A stretch of DNA of 64,000 nt from Candidatus Latescibacterota bacterium (GTDB lineage Bacteria; Latescibacterota; UBA2968): assembly GCA_965208125.1 (NCBI GenBank), contig OZ242320.1, forward strand, positions 2,848,001 to 2,912,000. Direction: 5' to 3'. Each line of letters opens with the position of its first letter. Within the stretch, counting starts at the first letter, position 1. Below the pieces are notes generated by a model, which was not told the DNA's origin, ran no database searches, and worked only from the letters and a program-made list of their open reading frames with translations. Shown in pieces: positions 47,185-57,784 of this stretch. Both the position numbers and the translations under genes were made by a program.

Positions 47185-48150
47185 TCACACGTGGTTTCTC
47201 AACATCAATTCCATGGGATATGGGTTTAAGTAGGTTTGCTCGTGTACCCAGTCGGGTACGCGGTTGCGGTTGAGATGGTGTTTTAATAATGTGATTGGCA
47301 CGATGAGCGGGAGCAGTCGCTGGCGATAGGATTCAAATACGTCGAGCAGTTCTTTTTTGTCCGCGGTTGTCAGTTCGTTTTTTATAAATCCCATCAGGTG
47401 CATCAATACGTTTACGTGTTTGCCCGGTGTGCTCATTACTTTCAGGCCGTCCATCAGCAATTTGCCGTATTGAAGCGTTATATCTTTGCGGGAAGACTGT
47501 GCGACCAGTTGGCCCAACTCGCTGTAGTGTTTTGGGCTGTGTGATAGAAGGCTCATTTTGATTCCGGTGTGAAATTTTACCAGGCCGCCGGGTGCTGGAT
47601 TATGGGTCAACATTTGTTGCCAGCGGTAATAAACAAATACGCGTTCGATAAAATTTTCCCGCAAAGGCAGATCATTTAGCCGACCTTCTTCTTCGATGGG
47701 CAATAAGGGGAATCGGGTTGTCAATGCTTTTGCAAATAGCCCGCGCCCATCGCGCGTGGGGATCTGCGTTTTTGTGTTAAATACCCGTACGCGAAATAAC
47801 CCACAACTCGGTGAGTCCTTTTTGAGTATATACCCATGTAAGTTCAGGTCTGTCAGTTCGTTGAGCCGTTTTTCTGCCCATGCCTGCATGCCAACGGTGT
47901 GATCTATGCCCGATTTTGGGGCAATGAGCCGCGGTGATTCCGCGTCGCCTTCGAGCCGGATGGTCTCGCGCGGAACGCCCATTCCCATTTCTACTTCTGG
48001 ACATACTGGTACCCACTCGACGTAATCGCCCAATACGGTTGTCAAAAATGGCATGTGCTTGTGCCCGCCATTATACCGCACTTCTTCGCCCAGCAAACAC
48101 GCGCTTACACCGAGCCGCAGTTTTGATGTTGCCGCTTGCGTTTCTGTCAT
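47185..48150 (-). CDS. DUF523 (2-thiouracil desulfurase-like) plus DUF1722 (YbgA) protein
   Basis: SACLLG..VRYNGGH, CPE, SPSCG, EEEGRL, QTYLNPYP. Confidence 0.9.
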   Translation of the reverse strand: MTETQAATSKLRLGVSACLLGEEVRYNGGHKHMPFLTTVLGDYVEWVPVCPEVEMGMGVPRETIRLEGDAESPRLIAPKSGIDHTVGMQAWAEKRLNELTDLNLHGYILKKDSPSCGLFRVRVFNTKTQIPTRDGRGLFAKALTTRFPLLPIEEEGRLNDLPLRENFIERVFVYYRWQQMLTHNPAPGGLVKFHTGIKMSLLSHSPKHYSELGQLVAQSSRKDITLQYGKLLMDGLKVMSTPGKHVNVLMHLMGFIKNELTTADKKELLDVFESYRQRLLPLIVPITLLKHHLNRNRVPDWVHEQTYLNPYPMELMLRNHV

Positions 48151-48310
48151 GTTACCATTATCTCCAATTGTTGACTGTATTCGACGCGATTAGCACCTTG
48201 CGGACTGACAGTTTCCAGTATTCGCTTATTCTTGAATCAGGTCCAATTGATACGTCAAATGCGTGAAGAAAGCATTTACAGGTCCACAAATCAAACACGA
48301 GGAGACCAAC

Positions 48311-50149
48311 ATGCCCCTCCAATTCTCTCAACTCACTGAGCACCTGTTCGTCCACCGCGATTGTATCAACGTTGGTATTTTATGCGACGGCGAGCGTGCC
48401 CTCTTAATTGATTGCGGCAACGGCGATGTCAAAGAAACGCTCAATGCGCTCGGGATAACGACTCTCGATACCGTCCTTTTCACACATCATCACCGCGATG
48501 GCGCCTCCGGTTTTCGACATTTGAGAACACGCCTTTCGCCGGAGACGCGCGTCGGTGTTCCCGCAGGGGAACGCCCGTGGTTCGACTCGGTCGAGACGTT
48601 CTGGAATGAGCCGAAAAACCGGTGGCATCTTTACGACTATCGTCCGCACAATCTGATGCTTACAGAATCGCTCGCCGTGACCGATACCTACGCTGAAAAT
48701 GATTTGATTCAGTGGGGGAGCGCCCAAATTACAGTCCTCAATACGCCCGGACATACGGACGGGAGTGTCTCTTATATCGTTTCGGTTGATGGCAAACGCT
48801 TTGCGTTCTGTGGTGATACCATCTACGACACAGGGCAGATTTGGGATGTGCATAGCCTCCAAAAGGGGGAACAGACGCGGGATTATCACGGCTTCCTCGG
48901 TGCGAGACAGGCGTTGGCGTCAAGCCTCCAGAAGTTGCGTCAGGTGGAGGCAAATGCGCTCATCCCGTCACACGGAAAAGTGATGACCCGGCCAGCAGAT
49001 GCGATTGACACACTGCTCGAACGCATGGATACGTGCTACGATAAGTACGTCGCCATCTCTGCTCTGCGGCATTATTTTCCCAGCCTGTTCACCGAATTTG
49101 AGGGACGAGAAGGACACATGTCCATCCGCGAGGGAAAGGACGTGCCAGCATTCCTGCGCCATTACGGGACAACATGGCTCATTATCTCAGAGACGAAGGA
49201 AGCGTTTGTAATGGATTGCGGCAGTACCCGTATCCTGCAACAGATTCAGCAACTTCAAGCTGATGGTGAAATCTCAGATGTGACACAATTTTGGCTCACA
49301 CATTACCATGACGACCATGTAGATGCTGTCCCCCAATTTCAAGCGGTTTATCCGTGTAAGACACTGACAGACCTCGTTGTTGCCCAGGTCATTGAAAAAC
49401 CGCAGCGATTCCGCATCCCGTGTATTTCCCCTTCTGTTGCACGCATTCACCAGCGGACGCGTGACGGCGAATCGTGGCAATGGAACGAGTTCCAGATGAC
49501 CGCCTACCACTTCCCCGGTCAGACGTATTATCACGGCGGATTACTGGTCGAAGGGAACGGGGTGCGCTTGTTCTTCGCAGGGGATTCGTTTACAATGGCG
49601 GGAATTGATGACTACTGCACTGGGAATCGCAACCTGCTCGGCAGCGCCGTTGGCTATGACCGATGTCTCGCCCTCATTGAAGAGTTGAAACCGACGCATA
49701 TCTTTAACTGCCACGTTAACTGTGCCTTCGATTTTACCCCTGAGGAGATTCGACTGATGCGGGAAAATCTCGCCGAACGGGAAACACTCTACACCGATTT
49801 GTGCGCTTGGGACCACGCGAATTATGGACTCGATGAACATTGGATTCGGGCTGATCCCTACGAGCAGGAAGTCGGGTCAAAGCACTCTGTCAATTTGCAC
49901 ATTTATTTCACCAACCATTCCGAAGAGGCGCGGCGAGCGGGGTGTTGCCTCGTCCTGCCGGAATCGTGGGATATCCGCCTGCCGCAACAAGAGATAACAA
50001 TTTCCGCCAAACAAGAGGGGCATATCAATTTCACCATACCCATTCCGGAGGGTAATCACGCCCGGTCCCAACGTCTGATCATTCCGATAGAAGTGACCTA
50101 TGATGGGCGTTCGCTCGGGCAGTTTCGCGAAGCGGTTCTGGTTTTTTAG
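48311..50149 (+). CDS. Tandem MBL-fold metallo-hydrolase
   Basis: THHHRD, PGHT, PSHG and a second THYHDDH; GAGGAG RBS. Confidence 0.85.
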   Translation: MPLQFSQLTEHLFVHRDCINVGILCDGERALLIDCGNGDVKETLNALGITTLDTVLFTHHHRDGASGFRHLRTRLSPETRVGVPAGERPWFDSVETFWNEPKNRWHLYDYRPHNLMLTESLAVTDTYAENDLIQWGSAQITVLNTPGHTDGSVSYIVSVDGKRFAFCGDTIYDTGQIWDVHSLQKGEQTRDYHGFLGARQALASSLQKLRQVEANALIPSHGKVMTRPADAIDTLLERMDTCYDKYVAISALRHYFPSLFTEFEGREGHMSIREGKDVPAFLRHYGTTWLIISETKEAFVMDCGSTRILQQIQQLQADGEISDVTQFWLTHYHDDHVDAVPQFQAVYPCKTLTDLVVAQVIEKPQRFRIPCISPSVARIHQRTRDGESWQWNEFQMTAYHFPGQTYYHGGLLVEGNGVRLFFAGDSFTMAGIDDYCTGNRNLLGSAVGYDRCLALIEELKPTHIFNCHVNCAFDFTPEEIRLMRENLAERETLYTDLCAWDHANYGLDEHWIRADPYEQEVGSKHSVNLHIYFTNHSEEARRAGCCLVLPESWDIRLPQQEITISAKQEGHINFTIPIPEGNHARSQRLIIPIEVTYDGRSLGQFREAVLVF

Positions 50150-50215
50150 TCTTCCAATATCAGACCATCACGCCGTGCAAAAAGTATCGATGTTTCTGCT
50201 GCGCTACCATTCTCC

Positions 50216-51247
50216 TCACAGACCCACTGTGCTCGACGCGAGCCACAAATTGGGATGTGTTTTCAGAATCAGATCTGCCACTTTTTGCACCGCCTTTTTT
50301 ACCCCCCAGGTGGGGCGCGGTTGACCCATTGGTGCCAGTTTGATCAATAGCTGATTGTTTTTGCGAAATAAGAGGGATATGCCGAAATATTGGGCGAGTT
50401 CTCCTTCGCGTACCATGACTGAGATGAGGCCGTGATTGTCGGGCAGTTGGCAGTAGATGTCTGTCATTTTGATCACGACCTGCGTATTCCGATGGGTTTC
50501 GCGCCATACCTGATCTGTGGCATGTCCGATAAGTCTCAGTATTTCTTCGCGTTGGTATGCGCCTTCTAATACGATATTTGGCATTTTCCCGACCTTTTGA
50601 ATGTGCGTTTCGACTGATGGTTCCGATTTTTGACGCCAGACAAAATAGTGGATGGGTACGCCCGCATCTATGGCTTTTTGTTCGTATTTGGTGGGGGTGC
50701 GTCCGGGTAACTGGTGAACAGATGGGGTTTCGTAAATGGATTGCAGGTGAGATTGTCGCGTCAATATATCAGTGATCCAGGTTGCGTAATCTGCGTGATC
50801 TGTCGCTATGGTTACCGCGCCGTCAGGTTTTAATCGTTCGGCCAGTATTTTTATAAATGCGTCTTGAATCAGACGCCGGTTGTGGTGTCGTTCTTTGGGC
50901 CATGGATCTGAAAAATTGATCCATATTTCCGATAGGGATTGCGGGGCAAATACATGTTGTAATAAAAATGCGGCGTCACCCTCTATTGCGCGCACATGAT
51001 TTAAGTCCTGAGCGTTTAATCGCTTAAACAATCGGCGCATGGACCCCCAGGCGCGCTCGATTCCGACAAAACACGCATCGGGACGCGCTGTTGCCATATC
51101 GGATAGAAAATGTCCATTGCCAAATCCGATTTCGAGGACGAGGTCGCCTGGCCGATCAAAAATTTGCGGCCAGTCTATCGGCCAATCCAGTTGCAGCCAG
51201 GGGACTGTGTATTTTTGTATTTCCTCGCTGAGCGGTAGAGACATCAT
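50216..51247 (-). CDS. trmB: tRNA (guanine46-N7)-methyltransferase with C-terminal extension
   Basis: LEIGFGNG, NFSDPWPKERHHNRRL, ATD, TKYE. Confidence 0.93.
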   Translation of the reverse strand: MMSLPLSEEIQKYTVPWLQLDWPIDWPQIFDRPGDLVLEIGFGNGHFLSDMATARPDACFVGIERAWGSMRRLFKRLNAQDLNHVRAIEGDAAFLLQHVFAPQSLSEIWINFSDPWPKERHHNRRLIQDAFIKILAERLKPDGAVTIATDHADYATWITDILTRQSHLQSIYETPSVHQLPGRTPTKYEQKAIDAGVPIHYFVWRQKSEPSVETHIQKVGKMPNIVLEGAYQREEILRLIGHATDQVWRETHRNTQVVIKMTDIYCQLPDNHGLISVMVREGELAQYFGISLLFRKNNQLLIKLAPMGQPRPTWGVKKAVQKVADLILKTHPNLWLASSTVGL

Positions 51248-51256
51248 GCGTTTAAT

Positions 51257-52087
51257 TCATCTCCGGATTTCCGTAAACCGCTTGATCTGCTCTGTTATCG
51301 CCACTTCCGTCGGCAGGCGTTCCATTGAGCTGGCGCCGTAAAAGCCATCGACTTCTGGAACCCGTTCGAGGATATAAGAGGCGTCTTCTGGTTCGGCAAT
51401 TGGTCCGCCGTGGCAAAGTGTGATTACATCGTCCCGGATCGATTTGCAGGCATTGCAAATTGCCTTTACTTCTTCCACGCAGTCATCGAGCGTTTTTGCC
51501 GTGTGCGCGCCAATTGTGCCCTTGGTTGTCAATCCCATGTGCGCCACAACGATATCTGCGCCTGCTTCTGTCATGAGTTGTCCTTCTTCGACATTGAACG
51601 CATAGGGCGTTGTCAGCATGTCCATCTCATGGGCTGCGGCGATCATTTCCACTTCGAGGTGGTAGCCCATTCCCGTCTCTTCCAGATTGGCGCGAAATAA
51701 CCCGTCGATAAGTCCCACTGTTGGAAAATTTTGAATTCCCGCGAAGCCCAGGTCTCTCAGTTCCCGCAAGAAGTGATCCCGCAACATGAATGGGTCTGTT
51801 CCATTCACCCCGGCGAGCACGGGCGTGTGTGTTACTGCTGTGATGACTTCGTAAGCCATTTCTTTTACTATTTCGTTGGCATTGCCATAGGCCAGGACGC
51901 CCGATAGCGATCCCCGCCCCGCCATGCGATAGCGTCCCGAATTGTAAATTACAATGAGATCAATGCCGCCCGCTTCTTCGCATTTTGCCGAGATTCCCGT
52001 GCCAGCACCACCACCGATAATCGGCAGTCCATCTGAGATTTTTTTTCGCAAGCGTTCTAATATTGATGTTCGGCTCTCTGCTGCCAT
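51257..52087 (-). CDS. Phosphoenolpyruvate-hydrolase-like TIM-barrel protein
   Basis: [32 protein letters not shown]. Confidence 0.9.
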   Translation of the reverse strand: MAAESRTSILERLRKKISDGLPIIGGGAGTGISAKCEEAGGIDLIVIYNSGRYRMAGRGSLSGVLAYGNANEIVKEMAYEVITAVTHTPVLAGVNGTDPFMLRDHFLRELRDLGFAGIQNFPTVGLIDGLFRANLEETGMGYHLEVEMIAAAHEMDMLTTPYAFNVEEGQLMTEAGADIVVAHMGLTTKGTIGAHTAKTLDDCVEEVKAICNACKSIRDDVITLCHGGPIAEPEDASYILERVPEVDGFYGASSMERLPTEVAITEQIKRFTEIRR

Positions 52088-52103
52088 TGTTGTCTCCTTG
52101 TTT

Positions 52104-53312
52104 TTATTTTATCGCCTGGAAACTCGCCACCAGTGCTGCTGCAAATTCTGGATCGTTGATATTGTTCGCCAGCCGTTTGATTTGTCGGTTTTCCGTTTGT
52201 TCGATTCGCGCTTCCAGGGTTTCAAATAATGCCTTATCTGCATCCGGGTCGTGAAAGGGTTGTCCTTCATCATCGATTAACGATACGCCGTTTTCCGGGA
52301 TTAGAATTTGAATTGGTACCGTTGATTGGTTCAATTTGTTCGCCATCCATTCGGCAAATTGGCGGTTTTCATCCGCTGTTGTTCGCATCAATGTGACCTG
52401 GGCGTTGTGTACGTGGAGTGTGCGATTTTTGAATTGTTCGGGGACGGTTTCTACTGCGCCAAAATTTACCATGTCGAGCGCGCCCAGGCTTACGACATAA
52501 GGTATTTCACGCGCGAGAATGCAATCCATTCGCTCAGGTCCGGCGGGAAATACGCCGCCTACTACTTCGTCGGCGACTTCGGTTGTGGTGATATCCAGAA
52601 CGCCGTCGATCATTCCACTTTCGACCAGTTTTTCCATTGCCTGTCCACCCGTTCCTGTAGCGTGAAATACCAGGCAGTCATATCCGTCTTTTTCCAGTGC
52701 CTCGCGGACCATGGTTACACACGGCGTTGTTACGCCAAACATGGTCATTCCAAGCGTGGGTTTGTCTTCGGCCTCTGCAACAGTGTTTACGACCATTCCC
52801 GCAATTGCATGCGCTGCATTGCCCAGTACTTGCCGAGATACGCGGTTGATTCCGGCTACATCTACCACGGAGTACATCATCGCTATATCACAACACCCCA
52901 CATAAGGTTCGGTATTGCCACTGGCGACGGTGGATACCATGATTTTGGGTACGCCGATGGGCAATGCCTGCATTGCCGGCGTGATGAGTGCTGTGCCCCC
53001 GCTGCCCCCAATGCCAATAATACCCGCTACGTCGCCTTTGGCGTATTCTTGCAGCAAGTAGGCGCACAGTGCTTCTCCCATCGCTGTTACGGCGTCGCCC
53101 CGGTCCGTATGTCCGATTACGGCGTCCGTTCCGCCCGCGTGACAGGCGGCTATGGTTTCCCGCGATACATCCGGCACGCCGCCTTGCGCGTCGCTCTGCG
53201 TGCCTACATCTATGACTGTCACCTCTGCGCCCGCGTTTCGAATGCATTCGGCGACATACCCGATTTCTTCACCTTTGGTATCCATTGTTGCAATTGCGTA
53301 TATACTGCCCAT
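52104..53312 (-). CDS. Tm-1-like ATP-binding protein (UPF0261)
   Basis: [38 protein letters not shown]. Confidence 0.9.
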   Translation of the reverse strand: MGSIYAIATMDTKGEEIGYVAECIRNAGAEVTVIDVGTQSDAQGGVPDVSRETIAACHAGGTDAVIGHTDRGDAVTAMGEALCAYLLQEYAKGDVAGIIGIGGSGGTALITPAMQALPIGVPKIMVSTVASGNTEPYVGCCDIAMMYSVVDVAGINRVSRQVLGNAAHAIAGMVVNTVAEAEDKPTLGMTMFGVTTPCVTMVREALEKDGYDCLVFHATGTGGQAMEKLVESGMIDGVLDITTTEVADEVVGGVFPAGPERMDCILAREIPYVVSLGALDMVNFGAVETVPEQFKNRTLHVHNAQVTLMRTTADENRQFAEWMANKLNQSTVPIQILIPENGVSLIDDEGQPFHDPDADKALFETLEARIEQTENRQIKRLANNINDPEFAAALVASFQAIK

Positions 53313-53342
53313 TATACTCTCCTTAATTTGATAAGTTGCTTT

Positions 53343-55133
53343 TTAACCGCTGTTCCATCGTATATTACCCGGTTCGGGAGAAGATAGCAATATCATTCCC
53401 TGTCTGCGCGCCCAGATGTGTGCGGCTCTGGCGAGTACGGAGTGATCGGCATTTAGATATGTTAGAGCCATTTCCTCAGTGCCATACTGATGCAGGGCCT
53501 GGACGAGCAGGAGTTCTGCTTCGGACATCCCGTTTCGGATGAAGAAGGCATGCGCGGCTGCTACGATCAGGGTGCGTTTCTGTTCCAGGGCTTGCAGGAG
53601 TTTTTGGGTCGCCCTGGGGGTGGCAATCTCTCCCAGAGCTTCGGCAGAGCGCCATTGCACTTCTGGCTCGGGATGGTCGATGTGTTCCAGAAAATAGGTT
53701 TCTATTCGCAGAGTCGCTTCCCGTTCCCGCCAGTTGGTATCCAGGCGGTCCAGCACCCGCACCATTCGCCGCGCCCATATCCGTCCTTTACCGATAACCG
53801 AGATGAGAGTATCTGCCACAGACGCATCGCCGATTGATCCCAGGGCATCGGCCGCTGCCCAGCGCACTTCGGCTGACTGATCGTTCAGCGTTTTCAACAG
53901 GGGAGCGATGGCACCGCGGTCTCCAATTTCTCCCAAAGCCTCGGTCGCAATGCGTCGGACCTGTACCGATGTGTCGTCCAACTGCTCAGTTAGCAAAGCC
54001 GTTGCGCGGGAGTCCTTCAGCACACCCAGAGTTAGTATTGTTCCCAGGCGAAATACGCCGTGTTCTGTATTGGACAGGATGGTCATGAGTGGTTCGACGG
54101 CGCGTGTGTCGCGCAGTTCTCCCAGTGCCAGGGCAGCGGCTGAAACGATGCCGGGGTCACGATGTTCGAGGGCTTCTACCAGTGGTTCGACGGCTCGCGC
54201 ATCGCGGAGTTCGCCCAGGGCTTTTATAGCGATATACTGTACTTGCAGGTTCGGATCTTTTAGTGCCTTAAGGAGAGACGGTACTACCCGGGCGTCTCCG
54301 ATCTGCCCCAGGGCCTCGACAGCCTGTATCCGCGCCATCAGGTCTTCGTTCGCCAGTTGTGCGATAAAAAAGTCCATGGTAGTACCCGCACGCGTTTTCC
54401 ACCCGGCATCCATTTCCGATAGTACCTGAACTACCTCGTAGCGCGATTGGTTTGGCGTCTTCAATCCGTCAATCAGGCGATTGATCGCCTCTTCAGCAGG
54501 TGCAGAAGTACGCCACGATGGATCGATGGTGTCGAGTGCCCATACCATTACCCGGCGCAGTTCTCTGTCTGCCTGTGGCAGAGCCCCAATCAGGGGTGCC
54601 AGGGCCTGTTGACTTTTTGTGCGGGCGAGGGTCAGTGAGGCTACCCACCGCACATCGCGTGCCTTATCGGTCAGCGCGGTGGTCAGTGCCTTTACGGACC
54701 GGTCGCCCCCCGCGGTACCCAGACTTTGAATTGCCCCCAGGCTCAGGGCCCCTTCTCGCTCTTGCGCGATCCGCAGCAAGGTTTCCACAGCCTTTTCGCC
54801 TCCGATATTGCCCAGGGCTTCGACCACGGTCAGACCCACCATGACATTTGGGTCGCGAACAATCGCAATCAGCGAATCTACTGCCCGCCGATCTCCCAAT
54901 TTACCCAGGGCTTCGCTTGCGGCCAATCTCACCTGTGCATCTCGGTCTTTGAGGGTTTGAATGAGAGCCGGAACCGCACGTCGGTCACCCATTTCTCCTA
55001 TTTGTATCGCTGCGCGGGTACGGTCCGCGGGGTTGGGGTGATTTAGATGTTGTATCCAGTCGTCGGCTTTGGAAGCGCAGCCTGCGGTAAGCAAGCCCAG
55101 AATAATCAACCACAATTCGCTTTTTATGATCAC
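53343..55133 (-). CDS. HEAT-repeat protein, probable lipoprotein
   Basis: Many A..ALG.(I/L)GD.RAV.PL repeats; GTG at 55133 with GGAGG RBS; TAGC lipobox-like. Confidence 0.88.
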   Translation of the reverse strand: MIIKSELWLIILGLLTAGCASKADDWIQHLNHPNPADRTRAAIQIGEMGDRRAVPALIQTLKDRDAQVRLAASEALGKLGDRRAVDSLIAIVRDPNVMVGLTVVEALGNIGGEKAVETLLRIAQEREGALSLGAIQSLGTAGGDRSVKALTTALTDKARDVRWVASLTLARTKSQQALAPLIGALPQADRELRRVMVWALDTIDPSWRTSAPAEEAINRLIDGLKTPNQSRYEVVQVLSEMDAGWKTRAGTTMDFFIAQLANEDLMARIQAVEALGQIGDARVVPSLLKALKDPNLQVQYIAIKALGELRDARAVEPLVEALEHRDPGIVSAAALALGELRDTRAVEPLMTILSNTEHGVFRLGTILTLGVLKDSRATALLTEQLDDTSVQVRRIATEALGEIGDRGAIAPLLKTLNDQSAEVRWAAADALGSIGDASVADTLISVIGKGRIWARRMVRVLDRLDTNWREREATLRIETYFLEHIDHPEPEVQWRSAEALGEIATPRATQKLLQALEQKRTLIVAAAHAFFIRNGMSEAELLLVQALHQYGTEEMALTYLNADHSVLARAAHIWARRQGMILLSSPEPGNIRWNSG

Positions 55134-55226
55134 ATCTCGCCTCCTGCATTGTCTCATATTGACAGCGATTGTTTTATCCGGTATCATTGAGCATTAACTA
55201 ACTATTTGTCGATGGGGAATGTGTTC

Positions 55227-56219
55227 ATGAATCGATTCTTACAGGTTTGGTTGGTCTGTTTTGTGGTCGCCTGCGGTTCGTCTGACAAGGGACTCCAGCC
55301 CGAAGAAAACATTATTTTATCCGAAGGCGACATTTTGCTCACAGACGCCTCCCAGCGTGCGCTGTTCCGCATCCATCCCAGCACGGGAGACCGAACCGTT
55401 GTCACCAGCAGCATCGGCGGTGTTCCTCGGCAGATCGCCCGGGATGCCAATGGCGACCTTCTGATAGCCCTCTCTGAAAGAAGCCTGCCCATTGTCCTGC
55501 GGTTCGATGTCCGGACGGGTGATCTTTTTATTGTGTCTTCAGGCGGTAGCCCTGTTGATCCCAATGTCCCGATCATCGGTTCAGGTCCCGCGTTTTTAGG
55601 ACCAGTCGGTCTGGTGCGAGAAACATCTGGACAACTCATAGTCGGCGATCAGCCTTCCGCCACTATCTTTCGCGTTGATCCCGATAGTGGTGACCGCACG
55701 GTCGTCTCTGGTCCTGGCCGGGGCGATGGGCCACCCTTTACTGGTCGCATTAAGCAGTTTGCCCTGGATGCCGATGGCAATCTCCTGTTGGTGGTCGGCT
55801 CAGTTTCGCAGGGGGGCGAGGGGCGTATTTTCCGCATTGATCCCAATAGTGGCGACCGCACGGTTATCTCTGGTCCAGAAATGGGTGAGGGACCCCGACT
55901 GATGGATCCGGAAGGCATTGTTCTGAACACCCTTAACACCATTTTTGTCACCGATATCGGCCAGGCCGCTGTTATTCAAATTGATCCTATCAGTGGAAAC
56001 CGCACCATCATTTCAAGCCCTTTTACGGGTGAGGGCGAATTGCCCGATATTCCCTCTGGCCTCGCTTTTAATACTCTCGATCAACTCCTGGTAGCAGATC
56101 GCACCCTTATCTACCGCGTGGATATCGATACTGGCGATCGCACGGTTATTTCGGCTCCCGTCATTGGTCAGGGCGAACCCTTTCTGGTGGCGGATGATAT
56201 TTTTGTGATTAAGAATTGA
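55227..56219 (+). CDS. NHL-like beta-propeller lipoprotein
   Basis: VVAC lipobox; about six repeats of FR(I/V)DPxxGDRTV(I/V)S. Confidence 0.75.
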   Translation: MNRFLQVWLVCFVVACGSSDKGLQPEENIILSEGDILLTDASQRALFRIHPSTGDRTVVTSSIGGVPRQIARDANGDLLIALSERSLPIVLRFDVRTGDLFIVSSGGSPVDPNVPIIGSGPAFLGPVGLVRETSGQLIVGDQPSATIFRVDPDSGDRTVVSGPGRGDGPPFTGRIKQFALDADGNLLLVVGSVSQGGEGRIFRIDPNSGDRTVISGPEMGEGPRLMDPEGIVLNTLNTIFVTDIGQAAVIQIDPISGNRTIISSPFTGEGELPDIPSGLAFNTLDQLLVADRTLIYRVDIDTGDRTVISAPVIGQGEPFLVADDIFVIKN

Positions 56220-56220
56220 T

Positions 56221-57771
56221 TTATTTGACCTCTATATTCTGAATCATTTGCAGGCCCTGCCGTGCGTCCGGATGGGTTGGGTCAATTTGAACCGCGCGTT
56301 CGAAATATACCTGTGCCGAGTCTGCGCGACCCTGATTGAGCAATAGCGTTCCCAACTTCACATGTCCATCGTAGAACCGGGGTGACAACTCGATTGAGCG
56401 GCGAAATGCCGCTTCCGCACCGGCTATATCTCGGAATCTTTCCAGGGCCATCCCCAGATCGTAATGCGCTGTGAAAAGCGTGGGTTCCAGGTCGAGGGCT
56501 TTTCGGAATTGGGCAATGGCCAGGCCGAGAAATCCCCGCCGGTCCAGTGCATATCCGATTTGCAAATAGGCTTCTACATCTCCGGGAGCCAGCGCATCGG
56601 CCGCTGCTTGCTCTCGCGCGGCCAGGTCCATCCGACCATTTCCCGCGTGGCGCGCCGCACGTTCCAGGTGCATCATATAGACTTCGCACTGCCGGCTCAA
56701 TGCTACTCCCGAGCGATAAACGCCCAATCCGATGCCCACAAATAATGCGATCACGCCGATGCGGAAAAGCCATTGTCTGTTCCACCAGGCGCGGCCCTGC
56801 AGGAATAAGACCGCGGCTACCGGTGTTGTGACAAAACCTGTACCGAATCCCTCAGCTACCCAGGCGATAATCGCACAGGCCAGAATATAGGGCATGGATA
56901 CTTTTGGCAATGCCATGAGACATAGCAGGGCGAGGGGAATCAGCGAAATTAGCAGATCTGGTCGTCCGCCAATGCCTACCTGCGCTACGACCATTACCGC
57001 TGTGAACAGTCCTATGCACACCCACATTAATTCGTGTCGCGACCTGTGCTTGTTTGAGGTTGTTTCCACAGTTGTTGAGGCTGCGCCAGTCAGTGCCAGA
57101 ATGCCCAGGGTCAGGATGCTTATCCAGTGCCAGAGTACAAAAGGCTGTGTGGGAACCGCGCGTGAAATCGGCTCGGAAAACAGGTGTAAAAACAGGTGTA
57201 AAAGAAATACGCCCCACAGCGCGTGCGCCCAGACTCTGCGCCGATAGGGCGTACAGAATGCCAGAAAATAGGGGATAAAGAACTCGAATCCCACTGCAAA
57301 CCACTCCGCTATCCCCACAGTTGGTACACCGACAAAAAAACGGTTGTGCGTCGGTATGCTCCACACCCACCAGCCCGCGGCTGCTGCGCCGCCTTCTACT
57401 CCATAGCCCACGGCTGCCATTCCCACGCAAGTCATCCCTACCGTGGCCATCATATCGCCTTTAAGCGCGGGTATTCGCGCCAGCACCCGCTCAGCCAGCC
57501 ACCAACTCACATAGAGGGCAAAAATCCATCCGATTACCGCCTGTAATGACGCTGAAAATATCTGCACTACTGGCTGCGTGAATACATAGGGCATCACGCC
57601 TCCCTGCGATTCGACTGTGATCCAGTGAATCACATTTCCCCGCACGACGCCAAACAGAAACGCCGAGATGAAAAAACTTAGCGCAATGCGGCGGCCCCGA
57701 TGGGACCAGGCGTGCCACATCAGCACGGCTATTGCCACAGCAGAGGGCACAAAAAGCAGAAGCGTTTTCAT
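56221..57771 (-). CDS. Polytopic membrane protein: CruF/DUF422-like N-terminus, C-terminal TPRs
   Basis: GWWVW...GVP..GIAEW resembles CruF GYWxW...GVP.SNF.GW; TPR repeats AHYDLG, GHVKLG. Confidence 0.6.
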   Translation of the reverse strand: MKTLLLFVPSAVAIAVLMWHAWSHRGRRIALSFFISAFLFGVVRGNVIHWITVESQGGVMPYVFTQPVVQIFSASLQAVIGWIFALYVSWWLAERVLARIPALKGDMMATVGMTCVGMAAVGYGVEGGAAAAGWWVWSIPTHNRFFVGVPTVGIAEWFAVGFEFFIPYFLAFCTPYRRRVWAHALWGVFLLHLFLHLFSEPISRAVPTQPFVLWHWISILTLGILALTGAASTTVETTSNKHRSRHELMWVCIGLFTAVMVVAQVGIGGRPDLLISLIPLALLCLMALPKVSMPYILACAIIAWVAEGFGTGFVTTPVAAVLFLQGRAWWNRQWLFRIGVIALFVGIGLGVYRSGVALSRQCEVYMMHLERAARHAGNGRMDLAAREQAAADALAPGDVEAYLQIGYALDRRGFLGLAIAQFRKALDLEPTLFTAHYDLGMALERFRDIAGAEAAFRRSIELSPRFYDGHVKLGTLLLNQGRADSAQVYFERAVQIDPTHPDARQGLQMIQNIEVK

Positions 57772-57784
57772 GGCTCCTCTTGTT

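Noticed and set aside
48158-48355. Small ORFs in the gap between the DUF523 and MBL genes
   Set aside because: No RBS or motif support; probably a divergent promoter region
52326-53387. 353-aa plus-strand ORF
   Set aside because: Antisense shadow of the Tm-1-like gene
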